In this document: positions 44,056-54,204 of the stretch, one piece after another
How positions within the stretch are numbered: the stretch's first letter is position 1
How the letters are laid out: each line of letters begins with the position of its first letter
Assembly (NCBI GenBank): GCA_963795855.1
Contig: CAWCIZ010000003.1
Coordinates: 320,001 to 384,000, forward strand
Source: Vulcanimicrobiota bacterium
GTDB lineage: Bacteria > Vulcanimicrobiota > Vulcanimicrobiia > Vulcanimicrobiales > Vulcanimicrobiaceae
Length of the DNA: 64,000 nt
Direction: 5' to 3'
Position numbers and translations under genes: made by a program
Notes under the pieces: generated by a model
Databases searched by the model: none
Seen by the model: the letters and a program-made list of their open reading frames with translations, nothing else
What the model was told of the DNA's origin: nothing

Positions 44056-45318
44056 GTGCAGTTCATAGACGAAGCGGCGATCGCGGTAGCTGCGGGAAAC
44101 GGCGGCGACGGTTTGGTCGCCTGGCGCCGGGAAAAATACATCCCGAAAGGCGGTCCCGCCGGTGGTGACGGCGGGCATGGCGGCACCGTCTATCTCGAAG
44201 CAACGCCCGAACTGTCCACGCTCGTCGAGTTTCGTTTCAAGCGCCAATTCGCGGCCGAATCCGGCAAGCCGGGCGGAACGTCGAACAAATCGGGCCGTAG
44301 CGGCCCGGACTTGATCATCCCCGTGCCGGTCGGAACGATCGTCTACCGCCGCGCGGAGGGCGAGGACGAAGCATTTCTCGCGGACATGCGCACGCCCGGC
44401 GAACGCGTCACGGTTGCCAAAGGCGGCCGCGGAGGTCTGGGCAATCAGCATTTCGCGACGTCCACTCGCCAGGCGCCGCGCTTCGCGGAAAAGGGTGAGC
44501 CCGGCGAGCGTTTCGCGGTGCGGCTGGAACTGCGGCTGCTCGCGGACTGCGGCATCATCGGACTTCCCAACGCGGGCAAATCGACGCTGCTCTCCGTCGT
44601 ATCGGCCGCACGGCCGAAGATTGCGGACTACCCGTTCACGACGCTCGAACCGCAGCTGGGGGTGGTGCGCGTCTCGGACGAGGAGTCGTTCGTGATGGTC
44701 GACGTGCCGGGGCTGATCGAAGGCGCTCACATGGGAGCCGGCCTGGGCGATCAGTTTCTGCGCCACGTCGAACGCACTCGCATACTGATACATCTGCTGG
44801 ACGGGGCCAAGCCGCTGGACGAAATGCTGCGCGACAAACAGATCATCGAAGAGGAACTTGCCGCTTGGAATCCCGATCTGCCGAACAAGCCCGCGATGCT
44901 CGTCGTCTCGAAACTCGATCTCCCCGACGCGCGCGAGCGTCTGCAAGAACTGCAAGCAGACTTTTCCGGCGTTCGCGGCATAAGTTCGGCGACCGGCGAG
45001 GGAGTTCGAGATTTGGTGTATGCGGCGTGGACGAGCATACAGAATGCCCCGGTTCCGGAAATCGTTACGCCTCAGGCGGCGCGTATTCACTTACGTCCGA
45101 ACGAACCGTTCACTATACAAAAACATGACGAAACGTTCGTCGTGAGCGGAGAACGCGTCGAGCGCCTCGCCGCTATGACGAACTTCGACTCCGACGAGGG
45201 GCTCGCGCGTTTCGAACAGATTCTGGCGAAGATGGGCGTGGACAAAAAACTGCGCGAACTCGGCGCGGTGGAAGGCGATACGGTTCGTATCGGTCCATAC
45301 GAGTTCACGTATTCGTAA
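44056..45318 (+). CDS. obg: GTPase ObgE
   Basis: Gly-rich Obg domain, GLPNAGKST, YPFTT, DVPG, C-terminal OCT domain. Confidence 0.97.
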   Translation: MQFIDEAAIAVAAGNGGDGLVAWRREKYIPKGGPAGGDGGHGGTVYLEATPELSTLVEFRFKRQFAAESGKPGGTSNKSGRSGPDLIIPVPVGTIVYRRAEGEDEAFLADMRTPGERVTVAKGGRGGLGNQHFATSTRQAPRFAEKGEPGERFAVRLELRLLADCGIIGLPNAGKSTLLSVVSAARPKIADYPFTTLEPQLGVVRVSDEESFVMVDVPGLIEGAHMGAGLGDQFLRHVERTRILIHLLDGAKPLDEMLRDKQIIEEELAAWNPDLPNKPAMLVVSKLDLPDARERLQELQADFSGVRGISSATGEGVRDLVYAAWTSIQNAPVPEIVTPQAARIHLRPNEPFTIQKHDETFVVSGERVERLAAMTNFDSDEGLARFEQILAKMGVDKKLRELGAVEGDTVRIGPYEFTYS

Positions 45319-45327
45319 AAGGAGCTT

Positions 45328-45939
45328 ATGCGTTTAGGAATTTTCGGCGGAACGTTCGATCCGATTCACAACATTCATCTGTTCGTCGCGGAGTCGGCGC
45401 GCCTGATGGAACGGTTGGACGGCGTGCTGTTCGTTCCAACCAGTAAAGTGCATTACCGTTCGAAACCGGAAGCTTCCGCCGAACACCGCTGCGCGATGAT
45501 TCTCGGTGCGATCGAAGACAATCCGCATTTCACGCTCGACGACACCGATTTGCGGCCGGCATCGACCGGATATACCGCGGATCTGCTTCCGAAAATTCAA
45601 ATGAAGTATTCGGATGCCTCGCTGACGTTCATCACTGGCGCCGATTCTTTGGCGAGCAACTCGTGGGTGCGTTTCGAAGAAGCGCTCGAATCGCTCGAGA
45701 GCTTCGTCATCGCCCCCCGCGCGGGCGTAAGCGGCGAGGCGGTCGCGCGCGTGCTCGCCGCCGTTCCCAACGCGCTGAGAACGCGCATTAAAACGCTGCA
45801 TTTGCCGGAGATGCCCGAAAGCTCGACGCTGGTTCGCACGCTGCTCTCGCAAGGTAAGTCCGTGCGCTACCTTGTGCCGGAGCCAGTCTGGGCGTACATC
45901 ACGGCGCACAACGTGTACGGCGTTGAGACGCCTGCATAG
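45328..45939 (+). CDS. nadD: Nicotinate-nucleotide adenylyltransferase
   Basis: GIFGGTFDPIH, FITGADS, SSTLVR, YLVP. Confidence 0.94.
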   Translation: MRLGIFGGTFDPIHNIHLFVAESARLMERLDGVLFVPTSKVHYRSKPEASAEHRCAMILGAIEDNPHFTLDDTDLRPASTGYTADLLPKIQMKYSDASLTFITGADSLASNSWVRFEEALESLESFVIAPRAGVSGEAVARVLAAVPNALRTRIKTLHLPEMPESSTLVRTLLSQGKSVRYLVPEPVWAYITAHNVYGVETPA

Positions 45940-46324
45940 AGCGGCGCCTGCGGCGGCTCTCGTACTGTTTGCAGCGTGCTCGAGCGGTGCGACGAGCCTG
46001 CAAGGCGCACTCGGCACGTGCTCATCGCGTTCCTTCGGACATACCGAAGTGTACGTTCCTGCGGCAACGGTGGTACGCGTTCTCGGCGATCGAAATTCCG
46101 GAGGCGGCACGCACGAAGGCTTCATCATCGACGCGGGCGGACATTCGATCAGAGTCGAAGACAACGTCGACGTCACGGGTCCTATTCCGCTGCGCCGCGG
46201 CGACGTCGTGTCGCTCCTCGGACAATTCGAATGCGACGACGAGGTTATCCATTGGACGCATCGCGATCCCAGTGGCCGGCATGCCGCGGGGTACGTCAAA
46301 GTCAACGGCAGGCTGTATGATTAG
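45923..46324 (+). CDS. DUF3465-like lipoprotein
   Basis: Lipobox LFAAC; HEGF, VIHWTHRDPSGRH..G. Confidence 0.75.
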   Translation: MRRLHRAAPAAALVLFAACSSGATSLQGALGTCSSRSFGHTEVYVPAATVVRVLGDRNSGGGTHEGFIIDAGGHSIRVEDNVDVTGPIPLRRGDVVSLLGQFECDDEVIHWTHRDPSGRHAAGYVKVNGRLYD

Positions 46325-46937
46325 CGCGAGGGTGATCCTTGCGAGCGCGTCGCCGCGGCGCCTCGAGCTGCTCCGATCGCTGCGCTTCGAGGTTGAAGTG
46401 CTGCCGAGCAACTACAGCGAGCCCGAGCATCCCCATTTGGTGCCGCGCGATCTCGCCATTCTGCACGCTCGCCACAAGTGCGAGGACGTGCGCCGCACGC
46501 TGCGTGAAACGGCGCGCGAGACGAGCGGCGTTTTGATCGTCGCCGCGGACACGGTCGTCGACGTCGACGGCGTTGCGTACAATAAACCGGCGGACGAACG
46601 CGACGCGCGCCGCATGCTGCAAGATCTCTCCGGACGCACGCACATAGTGCACACTGCATTCGCACTCGCGGTCCACGATCGCGCGGAACTCATCGAGCAC
46701 TGCGAGAGCACGTTCGTCACGTTTTTTCCGCTCGGCGATGAAGAAATCGATGCGTACGTTGCAAGTAAAGAGCCGATGGACAAGGCGGGCGCGTACGGAA
46801 TCCAAGGCGTTGGAGCGACGCTCGTAGAGCGCGTGGAGGGCGATTTTTACACGGTGATGGGCTTCCCGCTGGCCAGGTTCGTCCGCACGCTTTACCGGTT
46901 GGGAATTTCTCTGCCGATAACGAATCCAAGCAGCTAA
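46317..46937 (+). CDS. maf: Maf nucleotide pyrophosphatase
   Basis: LASASPRR, ADTVV, KP, DKAGAYGIQ, VMGFP. Confidence 0.95.
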   Translation: MISARVILASASPRRLELLRSLRFEVEVLPSNYSEPEHPHLVPRDLAILHARHKCEDVRRTLRETARETSGVLIVAADTVVDVDGVAYNKPADERDARRMLQDLSGRTHIVHTAFALAVHDRAELIEHCESTFVTFFPLGDEEIDAYVASKEPMDKAGAYGIQGVGATLVERVEGDFYTVMGFPLARFVRTLYRLGISLPITNPSS

Positions 46938-46967
46938 AGAAAACGCGCAGGCGATCGGGGTAGGGCC

Positions 46968-47774
46968 ATATTTACATATCGTGACGAGCGTAGACTCTTC
47001 GCGGTAATCTCCGTGATTATCGTGACGGCTCTCGTTGCCCTCATCCAAGTAAGCGCTGCCCGAAACGGCGCCCCGAGTCCGCTCACGACCGCGTTGACGA
47101 CCGCCGGTATGGCGATCGAGGAGGCGGCCAGCACCACGGTCGGCGTGATACGCGGCACCGGCCAAGCAGTGGGGAGCTTGCCGGGCCTGGCGCACGACAA
47201 CGGCGCGCTCCGCGCACAAAACATCTCGCTCGAACGCGAAAACGGGCGGCTGCACGAACTGCTTGCCGCCTATCAGCAAGACACGGCGCTCGCACCCCGT
47301 CTCGCGGAGTATCCGAAAGCGGTGGAGGCACGCATCATCGGCTTTCCGCCCGAAAACGGTATCCAAAGCGTGATGATAGACAAGGGCACCAAAAACGGAT
47401 TGAGCCGCGATGACGGCGTGCTGTCCGCCGACGGGGTGGTGGGGCGAATCGTCGAGGCCGGTCCGTTCACGAGCAAAGTCGCGCTGTTGACAGACTTCAC
47501 CAGCAAAATTCCGGCGATCGTGCAGCGGGGCCGCTATTGGGGCGTGGCGCAAGGCAACCAAAGCAGCGTCCGGCTCGATTACGTTTCGCAGGACGCGCCG
47601 CTGCGCATCGGCGATCGCGTCGTTACGGGCGAAGCGCGCTCGTTTCACTCCGGTGCGCTGATCGGCACGATCGTGCAGATCGAGCGCAGTGACTCCAGCC
47701 TTTACCAAACGGCCGTCGTGAAGCCGGCCGCCGATTTTTCCACCCTCGATCGCGTTATCGTTGTTTCGAAGTAA
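46968..47774 (+). CDS. mreC: Rod shape-determining protein MreC (start ATA 46968 or GTG 47013)
   Basis: TM helix, coiled coil, IDKG..G...D, GVVGRI, GDRVVTG, PAADFSTLDRV. Confidence 0.9.
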   Translation: MFTYRDERRLFAVISVIIVTALVALIQVSAARNGAPSPLTTALTTAGMAIEEAASTTVGVIRGTGQAVGSLPGLAHDNGALRAQNISLERENGRLHELLAAYQQDTALAPRLAEYPKAVEARIIGFPPENGIQSVMIDKGTKNGLSRDDGVLSADGVVGRIVEAGPFTSKVALLTDFTSKIPAIVQRGRYWGVAQGNQSSVRLDYVSQDAPLRIGDRVVTGEARSFHSGALIGTIVQIERSDSSLYQTAVVKPAADFSTLDRVIVVSK

Positions 47775-48318
47775 CGAACCAACCGGCGTCCGCGTAAACA
47801 CGCGCACCGGCCCAGTCAGCGCTCCGATTGCCGCGCCCTCCGGGTGGCTCGCGGCGCTGTACCTGCTGCTCGCACTGCTCGCGCAGCTGGAACTCATGCA
47901 CTACCTGAGTTTTCGCGGCGCCGAGGCAAGCGCGGTACTGGTCGTGGTCGTCTGGTACGCGCTGCGGGCGGACTTCGTTCAGGCGGCTGTTTTCGGCTTG
48001 GCGGCCGGTCTTTGCGAAGACATTTTCAGCGCGCAAACGGGAATCGCGTGGACCGCGGCGACTCCGCTTACCGCGCTGTTCGTGAGTTGGCTGTCGCGAT
48101 GGTTCTTTGCCGATTCGATTCCGATCGTCGCCGGCGTCGTGCTTGCCGGCACGCTGGTGCGCCGCATGCTTTTCTGGGTCGTGATGGCGCTGCAGGGCTA
48201 TCCGCCCGGCTACGCGCGCCTGCATTTGCATCAGGCACTTTGGGAAGCGCTGCTCAATGCGCTGCTCGTCTCGGCGTTTATGCTCGTTAGCCGATTTCGG
48301 GAGTCCCGCAGCGCGTGA
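47761..48318 (+). CDS. mreD: Rod shape-determining protein MreD (start uncertain)
   Basis: Hydrophobic protein with FGLAAGLCEDI between mreC and mrdA. Confidence 0.8.
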   Translation: MFRSNEPTGVRVNTRTGPVSAPIAAPSGWLAALYLLLALLAQLELMHYLSFRGAEASAVLVVVVWYALRADFVQAAVFGLAAGLCEDIFSAQTGIAWTAATPLTALFVSWLSRWFFADSIPIVAGVVLAGTLVRRMLFWVVMALQGYPPGYARLHLHQALWEALLNALLVSAFMLVSRFRESRSA

Positions 48319-50174
48319 AGCAATACGGCCGGCGTCAAATGCGCTGGGAGTTCTCTTCATGGCGCGTTGCCTTCTTCGCCGCGATGACGCTCATCGCGCT
48401 GATCGTCGTCATCGTGCGGCTGATACAGGTGCAACTCGTGCACGGCGAAGAGTACCGCGCCGCGGCGCAAGCGAATCAGATTCGGCTCATTCCCGTTGCG
48501 GCGCCGCGCGGTTTGGTGTACGACCGCGACGGCAAGGTGATCGTCCGCAGCCGTCCGGAATTCGTCGTCGCGCTCATTCCCTCGCTCGTAAAAGACGTCG
48601 ATTCCGAATTGCGGACCGTTGCGCAAACGATCGGCGTTCCGGAAAAGCAGCTCCGCGAGCAATTGCTGCATCACCACGGCGTCAATTACAAGAATTTCGA
48701 CGAAGTCGTCGTGTACGAGCCGTACGGGCCCGTGATTCTCGCCAGCGACATTCCGGTCGCGAAGGTGAGCCGGCTCTCAGAAATTTTGAACGACCTGCCG
48801 GGCGTCGACGTCGAGGTGCAGGCCGTCCGCAATTATCCGCACGGGAGTGAGGGTTCCGCGGTCTTCGGCTACGTCGGGCAAATCACTCCGGACGAATACA
48901 AGCGCCTGCGCAGTCAAGGGTATTCGATGAACGACGTCGTCGGAAAAGACGGCATCGAATACGAGTACGACAAGTATCTTCGCGGGCAGCCGGGCGGTCA
49001 ACGCATCGTCGTCGACTCGCAAAGCCAGGTCGTCCCCAACATCAAACTTCCGCCGAAGCAGCCCGTGCCCGGCGATAGTCTGGTACTCAACATCGATTGG
49101 CGCCTGCAGCAGATCGCGGACGAAGCGCTGGAGCAGGGCGTGCGCTCCTGGACCGGCGGCAAGTACCGGCTGGGCGCGGCCGTCGCAATTCTCGATCCGT
49201 GGTCGGGACGCGTGCTCGCCCTTTCGAGCTATCCGCGCTACGATCCGAACGCGTTCGCATCCGACGACTATAAAAAGATCGCGAAGTATCTGCTCGATCC
49301 GCTCGATCCGTTGTTCGATCGCGCGATCGCGGCAGCGACGCCGACGGGATCGACGTTTAAGATGATCACCGGATCCGCCGCACTCACGACCGGCGTCGTC
49401 AAAGTGAATGAAAACGTCTACGACTCCGGCGCGTGGAACTGCTACGGCGCGGAATTCGAAGACATCGCCTCCGGCGGTTTGGGCAACACAGCGTTCGTGC
49501 ACGCACTCGCGGCTTCGTCGGACGGCTACTTCTATCAGATGGGCTATCGCTTGGGGAACGATCGATTGCGCAAGTACGCGCAATACTACGGCATCGGTCA
49601 AAGAACCGGTATCGACCTACCGGGCGAGTTTGCGGGTAACTATCCGACCAATGCCTGGATGCTGAAAGTCGCCGGGGTTCCCCTCGAACCGTCCGACGTC
49701 TGCAGCTTGGCCATCGGGCAAGGCGCACTCGAAGCCACGCCTTTGCAGATGGCCACCGTCGAATCCGCGGTCGTGAACGGCGGAACGCTGTACAAACCGG
49801 AGATCGCCTGGCAAGTGCGCGATCCGCAAGGACACGTCATCCGCACGTTCGATCCGCAGGTGCGCCGGCACGTTCCCGTCACGCCGGAGTCGCTCAAAGC
49901 CGTGCGCGAAGGCATGGATCAAGTGACGGAGCCATGGGGAACCGCGTATGGACTCGCAATCAACGGGCTGCCTTACGGCGGAAAAACCGGAACCGCGGAA
50001 ACCGGAAACGGCGCCGGCGCGAACACCACGTGGTTCGTCGCGTACGCACCCGCCAAACACGCGAAGATCGCAATGGCCGTGTTCGTCGATCGCTCCGGCG
50101 GCTACGGAGCGTCCGTCGCGGCGCCGATCGCGCGCCAGATCATGGTGAAGTACTTCAACATCAAAAACCCGTAG
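48315..50174 (+). CDS. mrdA: Penicillin-binding protein 2
   Basis: APRG..YDR, STFK (SxxK), SSD, KTG. Confidence 0.93.
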   Translation: MKQYGRRQMRWEFSSWRVAFFAAMTLIALIVVIVRLIQVQLVHGEEYRAAAQANQIRLIPVAAPRGLVYDRDGKVIVRSRPEFVVALIPSLVKDVDSELRTVAQTIGVPEKQLREQLLHHHGVNYKNFDEVVVYEPYGPVILASDIPVAKVSRLSEILNDLPGVDVEVQAVRNYPHGSEGSAVFGYVGQITPDEYKRLRSQGYSMNDVVGKDGIEYEYDKYLRGQPGGQRIVVDSQSQVVPNIKLPPKQPVPGDSLVLNIDWRLQQIADEALEQGVRSWTGGKYRLGAAVAILDPWSGRVLALSSYPRYDPNAFASDDYKKIAKYLLDPLDPLFDRAIAAATPTGSTFKMITGSAALTTGVVKVNENVYDSGAWNCYGAEFEDIASGGLGNTAFVHALAASSDGYFYQMGYRLGNDRLRKYAQYYGIGQRTGIDLPGEFAGNYPTNAWMLKVAGVPLEPSDVCSLAIGQGALEATPLQMATVESAVVNGGTLYKPEIAWQVRDPQGHVIRTFDPQVRRHVPVTPESLKAVREGMDQVTEPWGTAYGLAINGLPYGGKTGTAETGNGAGANTTWFVAYAPAKHAKIAMAVFVDRSGGYGASVAAPIARQIMVKYFNIKNP

Positions 50175-50481
50175 GCGAAGCTGAGCGCCGAAGCGCCGAT
50201 TCGATTGCGGATCGAACCGCCGGATTTCGTTCCTCGCTTCGCGCGCGTTCGAGAATCGAGCGGCTCCAAGCAGTATTGAGTATGCCCAGGCGTTCCGCGA
50301 CGTCCATGCGCAATCGCGCGTCGGCCTGCGTAAGCGAATCGTCGACGAGCTGCGTCCATTGCACGGAAGAGCGCGCCCGCGCCGGCTTACGGCGCGATCC
50401 CATTAGCGCGGAAGCGATCCCGAGCAGCAGTACGCCGACGACAACGACGACGGCCAGGAGGATCCACGCTGCCGACGACAC
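50161..50481 (-). CDS. Small membrane-anchored HEAT-like protein (module 2)
   Basis: N-terminal TM, linker, WTQLVD, then RLRMDVAERLG...ERNPAVRSAIESAL helical repeat. Confidence 0.6.
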   Translation of the reverse strand: MSSAAWILLAVVVVVGVLLLGIASALMGSRRKPARARSSVQWTQLVDDSLTQADARLRMDVAERLGILNTAWSRSILERARSEERNPAVRSAIESALRRSASPTGF

Positions 50482-50489
50482 GGTGCCGG

Positions 50490-53400
50490 CTAAGGAATGC
50501 TGTACTGGGCCGCGGCGCGCAGCGCGTCCAGCACCGCCCCAAGCGCATCGTCCAGCGTGCGATTGACGCTCGACGTCAAAACGCGATGGAACTCCGACAT
50601 CGGCAGCGTCTCCAGCACGGTGAAGACTTTGACGAGCTCCGTGCGATACAAACCGAGAACGCCGCTGTGGGTTTGCTCGACGCCGGTCGAAGCGCCGTCG
50701 TAATCGACCCGCTCGCCAAGCAAATGCGCGCTGACGATCCACGGCGCGACCGAGCCCAGCGGCGTTTGCTCCAGTTCGGCAGCGCGACGCGCGAGCGCGG
50801 CGCGGTCGGGTGAACCGCTCAAACGCACGACGCCTTGCGGCCGCTGCGGCATCGGTTCGGGCGGTGCTTCCAAAACCGCGGCGATCAGTCCGCGCAGCGC
50901 GAAACGGCTGTCGCGATCTTCCAAGTCTTTCGCCGTGATTGCAAGGCGTGGGACGCGCAGGCGTACGAAAAAGCGGTCCAGCGGTGCGCGAATCGCGCGC
51001 GACCCGTTCTCCACGATCTGCGCGAGCTGTACGTTCCTGCCGGCAATCGCGTTGGGAAAGAGCGCGCGAACTGCAAAGACGTGAGGGACGAGGCCACCGG
51101 CATCGCTTTTTTCCAGCGTGCGGATCGCTTGCGTCAGTTCCTCTTGCGAGAAATCCAGGTAGAGCACGGGGCACGGCGCGGCAAAGTCTTCCGCCGCACT
51201 TTCTTGGACGAGCGGGGAGCCCTCGATACGCGGCTCGCGATCTTCGGCTGCGGATTGCGACGGCGCAGTGGGCCGAGGACGTTCATCGATCGGCGGCGGA
51301 ACGATCGTTTCAGGCGCCGGAGACTTCGAGCGCAGGCTGCAGCGCGGCTACGGAGATCGGCGTTCCGGTACTGCCGGCTTCCAGAGACGGCGTTGAGAGG
51401 ACGCGCAGCGTGGGCGCCGCCAAGCCGATGGAGTGGCCGCCGTCCCATTCGACGACGGCGCGCGTATCGATCGCCGTCCCTTCCGCGAGCGGCGCAATGA
51501 CGAGCATCTCCCAACGCACGCGCAGTTCTACGCCGGGATTCACGTCGGTCAGCGCCAATCCGCGCTGCGACCACAACTGGGAGGTTCCCAAGTCATCGCC
51601 CAACGCCATGCCGTTCAGCGTCGTGCTGCCCGGAACGTAAACGGCGAGATTCGACGGTACGGCGCGCACCACGAGATGTTCGGCCGGACCATCGCCGCTG
51701 TTGCGCAGCGCGATCTCGTACGCCGCGCGATCGCCGGCGTTGATCGTCTCGGGGGGATTGCAGCGCAATTGCGCCTGATCTTCGAATTCCGGCTGCGCAA
51801 ACGTCGCGATCTCCAGCGCTTCGAAATGGACGGGGCTGATCCCGCGGCCGGACAACGTACCTTCCAGCGCAAACGTGCGATCGCGCCGCGCCCGCAGCAG
51901 ACGCACGCTGATGCGCGCTTCGTGCGTCGTCTCCGCCGGAACGTCGCCGAAACGCAGGCCGCCGGCGCCTTCGCGATGCGCGTTGAGCGCGCGCTCGATC
52001 GCGAGCTCGGCTGGAAGCGTGAGTTCCAATCGCGCGTCGCGCAATGCGTCCGGTCCATCGTTCGTGAACCGAATCGCTATGTCGTGCGTCTGTCCGGGCC
52101 GAAGCGCTTCGGATTGCACGCGTTCCCACGTGCACGACTCCGCGGCGACGTGCGGACGCGACCGCACGACGACGGTCGCGACGCCCAAATCGAACGTTCC
52201 GGCGCCGAATTCGAGCACCGCCCCGAGCGTGACGTGCGAACGATCGGGCACGGGCGAAGCAACGCGCGCGCGTATCGTGAACGTGCGCTCCGCATGCGGC
52301 TGCACGATGCCCAGCGAGAACGGTTCCGCGTACGCCACCGGCTCGTCGGGCGATTCCGCGATTCGCACCTCTTCCAAAAACGCGCCCGGAATAACGCGCA
52401 GATTTACGTCCGGCTCCGCCGCCGTGCCGTCGTTGAACACGTGCGCCGTGAACGTCACGTCTTCACGCGCGGCGACGAGTCCGCGATCGACCTCGATGTA
52501 ATTACGCGCGCGAGTGAAGCGTGAGTTCGCGCGAACGCGCAGCGTCCGGGCGAAGCGCCGTTCGAGAATCTTGCCGGAACCGCTCGAGGGACCTTTCCAT
52601 CGCAGGACGGCCGCGATGGGAAGTTCGCCGCCGTTCTGCATCGTGACGATGCTCGCAATGCCCGCGTCGGCGATGCGTCCGGACGGCAGCGTTCCGAGTG
52701 AAAACGCGGATCCCGCGAATGCTTCCTCGCCGACGGGCTGCCCGTCCAGATGCGCAGATCCGGGTGTGTACACCAGGCCGTCAGGCAGTTCAAAAGCGAT
52801 CGACACGTTATGCGCTTCGCCCGTGCCGCCGTTCACGATACGGGCGGTCATGGGCACGCGCGTGCCGGGCGAAACAACGTCGTCGCAAAACACGGTAAGC
52901 GCGGTTTCGTCGTTGGCGAAATCGGCCGGCGATCGCACGACGATCTCCGCCGACGTGACCGGAAACTCTTCCACTTCCCGCGAGGAAATTGCGCCGGCGG
53001 CTTTGATCCGCGTACCGTCCGCGAGCGGCGATTCGATCGCGGCTTGATATTCTGCGACGATCGACTGGCCGGGCGCCAACCGCTCCGCGACGATCGTTTC
53101 GTTCGCGTAATCGAACGGTTCGCTCGGCGCGTTCACGAGCGCGCGCCCGGCGATGCGCGCGCTGCGCTGAACGTACGTCGTGTTTGCGGGCAGCGGGAGG
53201 AATGCAAGGACGTCGTGCGCTGTCGATGCGCCGGTGTTGACGATGGTGGCTTGAATGACGATGACGTCGCCGGGTTTCGGCTCACCGGGCGCCAGAATCG
53301 TCAGCAGCGTCGTCGTATTCTGCAGCAGCGGCAGGCTACGCACGACCAGCCGTTCGCGATTCGAGCCGAGAACCGGCGTCTGTTCGGTGCTGAGCGCGGC

Positions 53401-53784
53401 TTGAAAAAAAAGTTCCGAGCCGTCTTCGATACGTGCGTCGACGCGAAAGCTGCACGCGACGCGGCGCTGCGCGTTTTGCGCGAGCTCACCGAGGGCGGCG
53501 CCTTCGGGGGCGACGAGCCGCTCACCCTCGAGCGGCGCATCGTCGAGCGTATCGCTGCCGTCGATTGCCGTTACACCCGACGGCGCGGCAAAACGCACGC
53601 GAACGCCGGTGGCGGGCGCGCCGCCGAGATTGGAAAACGCGAATTCGACGCGGATCGTTTCGCCCGGCGACACCGTTCGGCGCGGCGTCACCACGAGCGT
53701 TCGAAGACTCTCCACGAGCACCGGAGAGCCAGGTGCGAAGACGCCGGTCAGCGCGCTGGTTTGGGGCCCGTCAGTGGCTGCCAC
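50490..53784 (-). CDS. Large DUF11/Ig-like repeat protein, ~1,100 aa (module 2; frameshift ~51320)
   Basis: Six xNxG-type repeats; a Pro/Glu linker in the shifted frame joins ORF 51310..53784 to ORF 50490..51167. Confidence 0.75.
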
Positions 53785-53796
53785 GGAAACTCGTGT

Positions 53797-54204
53797 TCAG
53801 TCGAGTAACTCGAGCGTCCTGGCGAGCCGCTCGGAACGCTCGCCGGGCCGCCGCTGCGCGTACTCTTCGATGACCTGCGAATCTCCACGCCGCATCAGCG
53901 CGTGCGCTGCAGCCAGCGCGACGGCGTCGGACGGATCGTCGAGCGCGTGCGAGAGCAGCTGCTGCGAACGCCGGTCTTCGAGATCGGCCACCGCGAAAAT
54001 CAGATCGCAGCGCGCCGGTTCTGAAAGGCCGGCGAACTCGTGGCCCGCTTCCGCCGTCCAATCGGTCGTTGCGGTGATGGGTTCGAGCGGTCGAAGCGGC
54101 GGCTGCGGCGCCGCAACGCTCGCGCGGGGCGCCATCAACGCATACGCGCCGATCGCGGCTCCGACGACGAAGACGGCTACGAGTACGGCAACGATCGCGC
54201 TCAT
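53797..54204 (-). CDS. Small membrane-anchored HEAT-like protein (module 1)
   Basis: MSAIVAVLVAVFVVG TM, WTAEAG, LSHALDDPSDAVALAAAHAL HEAT-like motif; ATGA overlap with the upstream gene. Confidence 0.7.
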   Translation of the reverse strand: MSAIVAVLVAVFVVGAAIGAYALMAPRASVAAPQPPLRPLEPITATTDWTAEAGHEFAGLSEPARCDLIFAVADLEDRRSQQLLSHALDDPSDAVALAAAHALMRRGDSQVIEEYAQRRPGERSERLARTLELLD

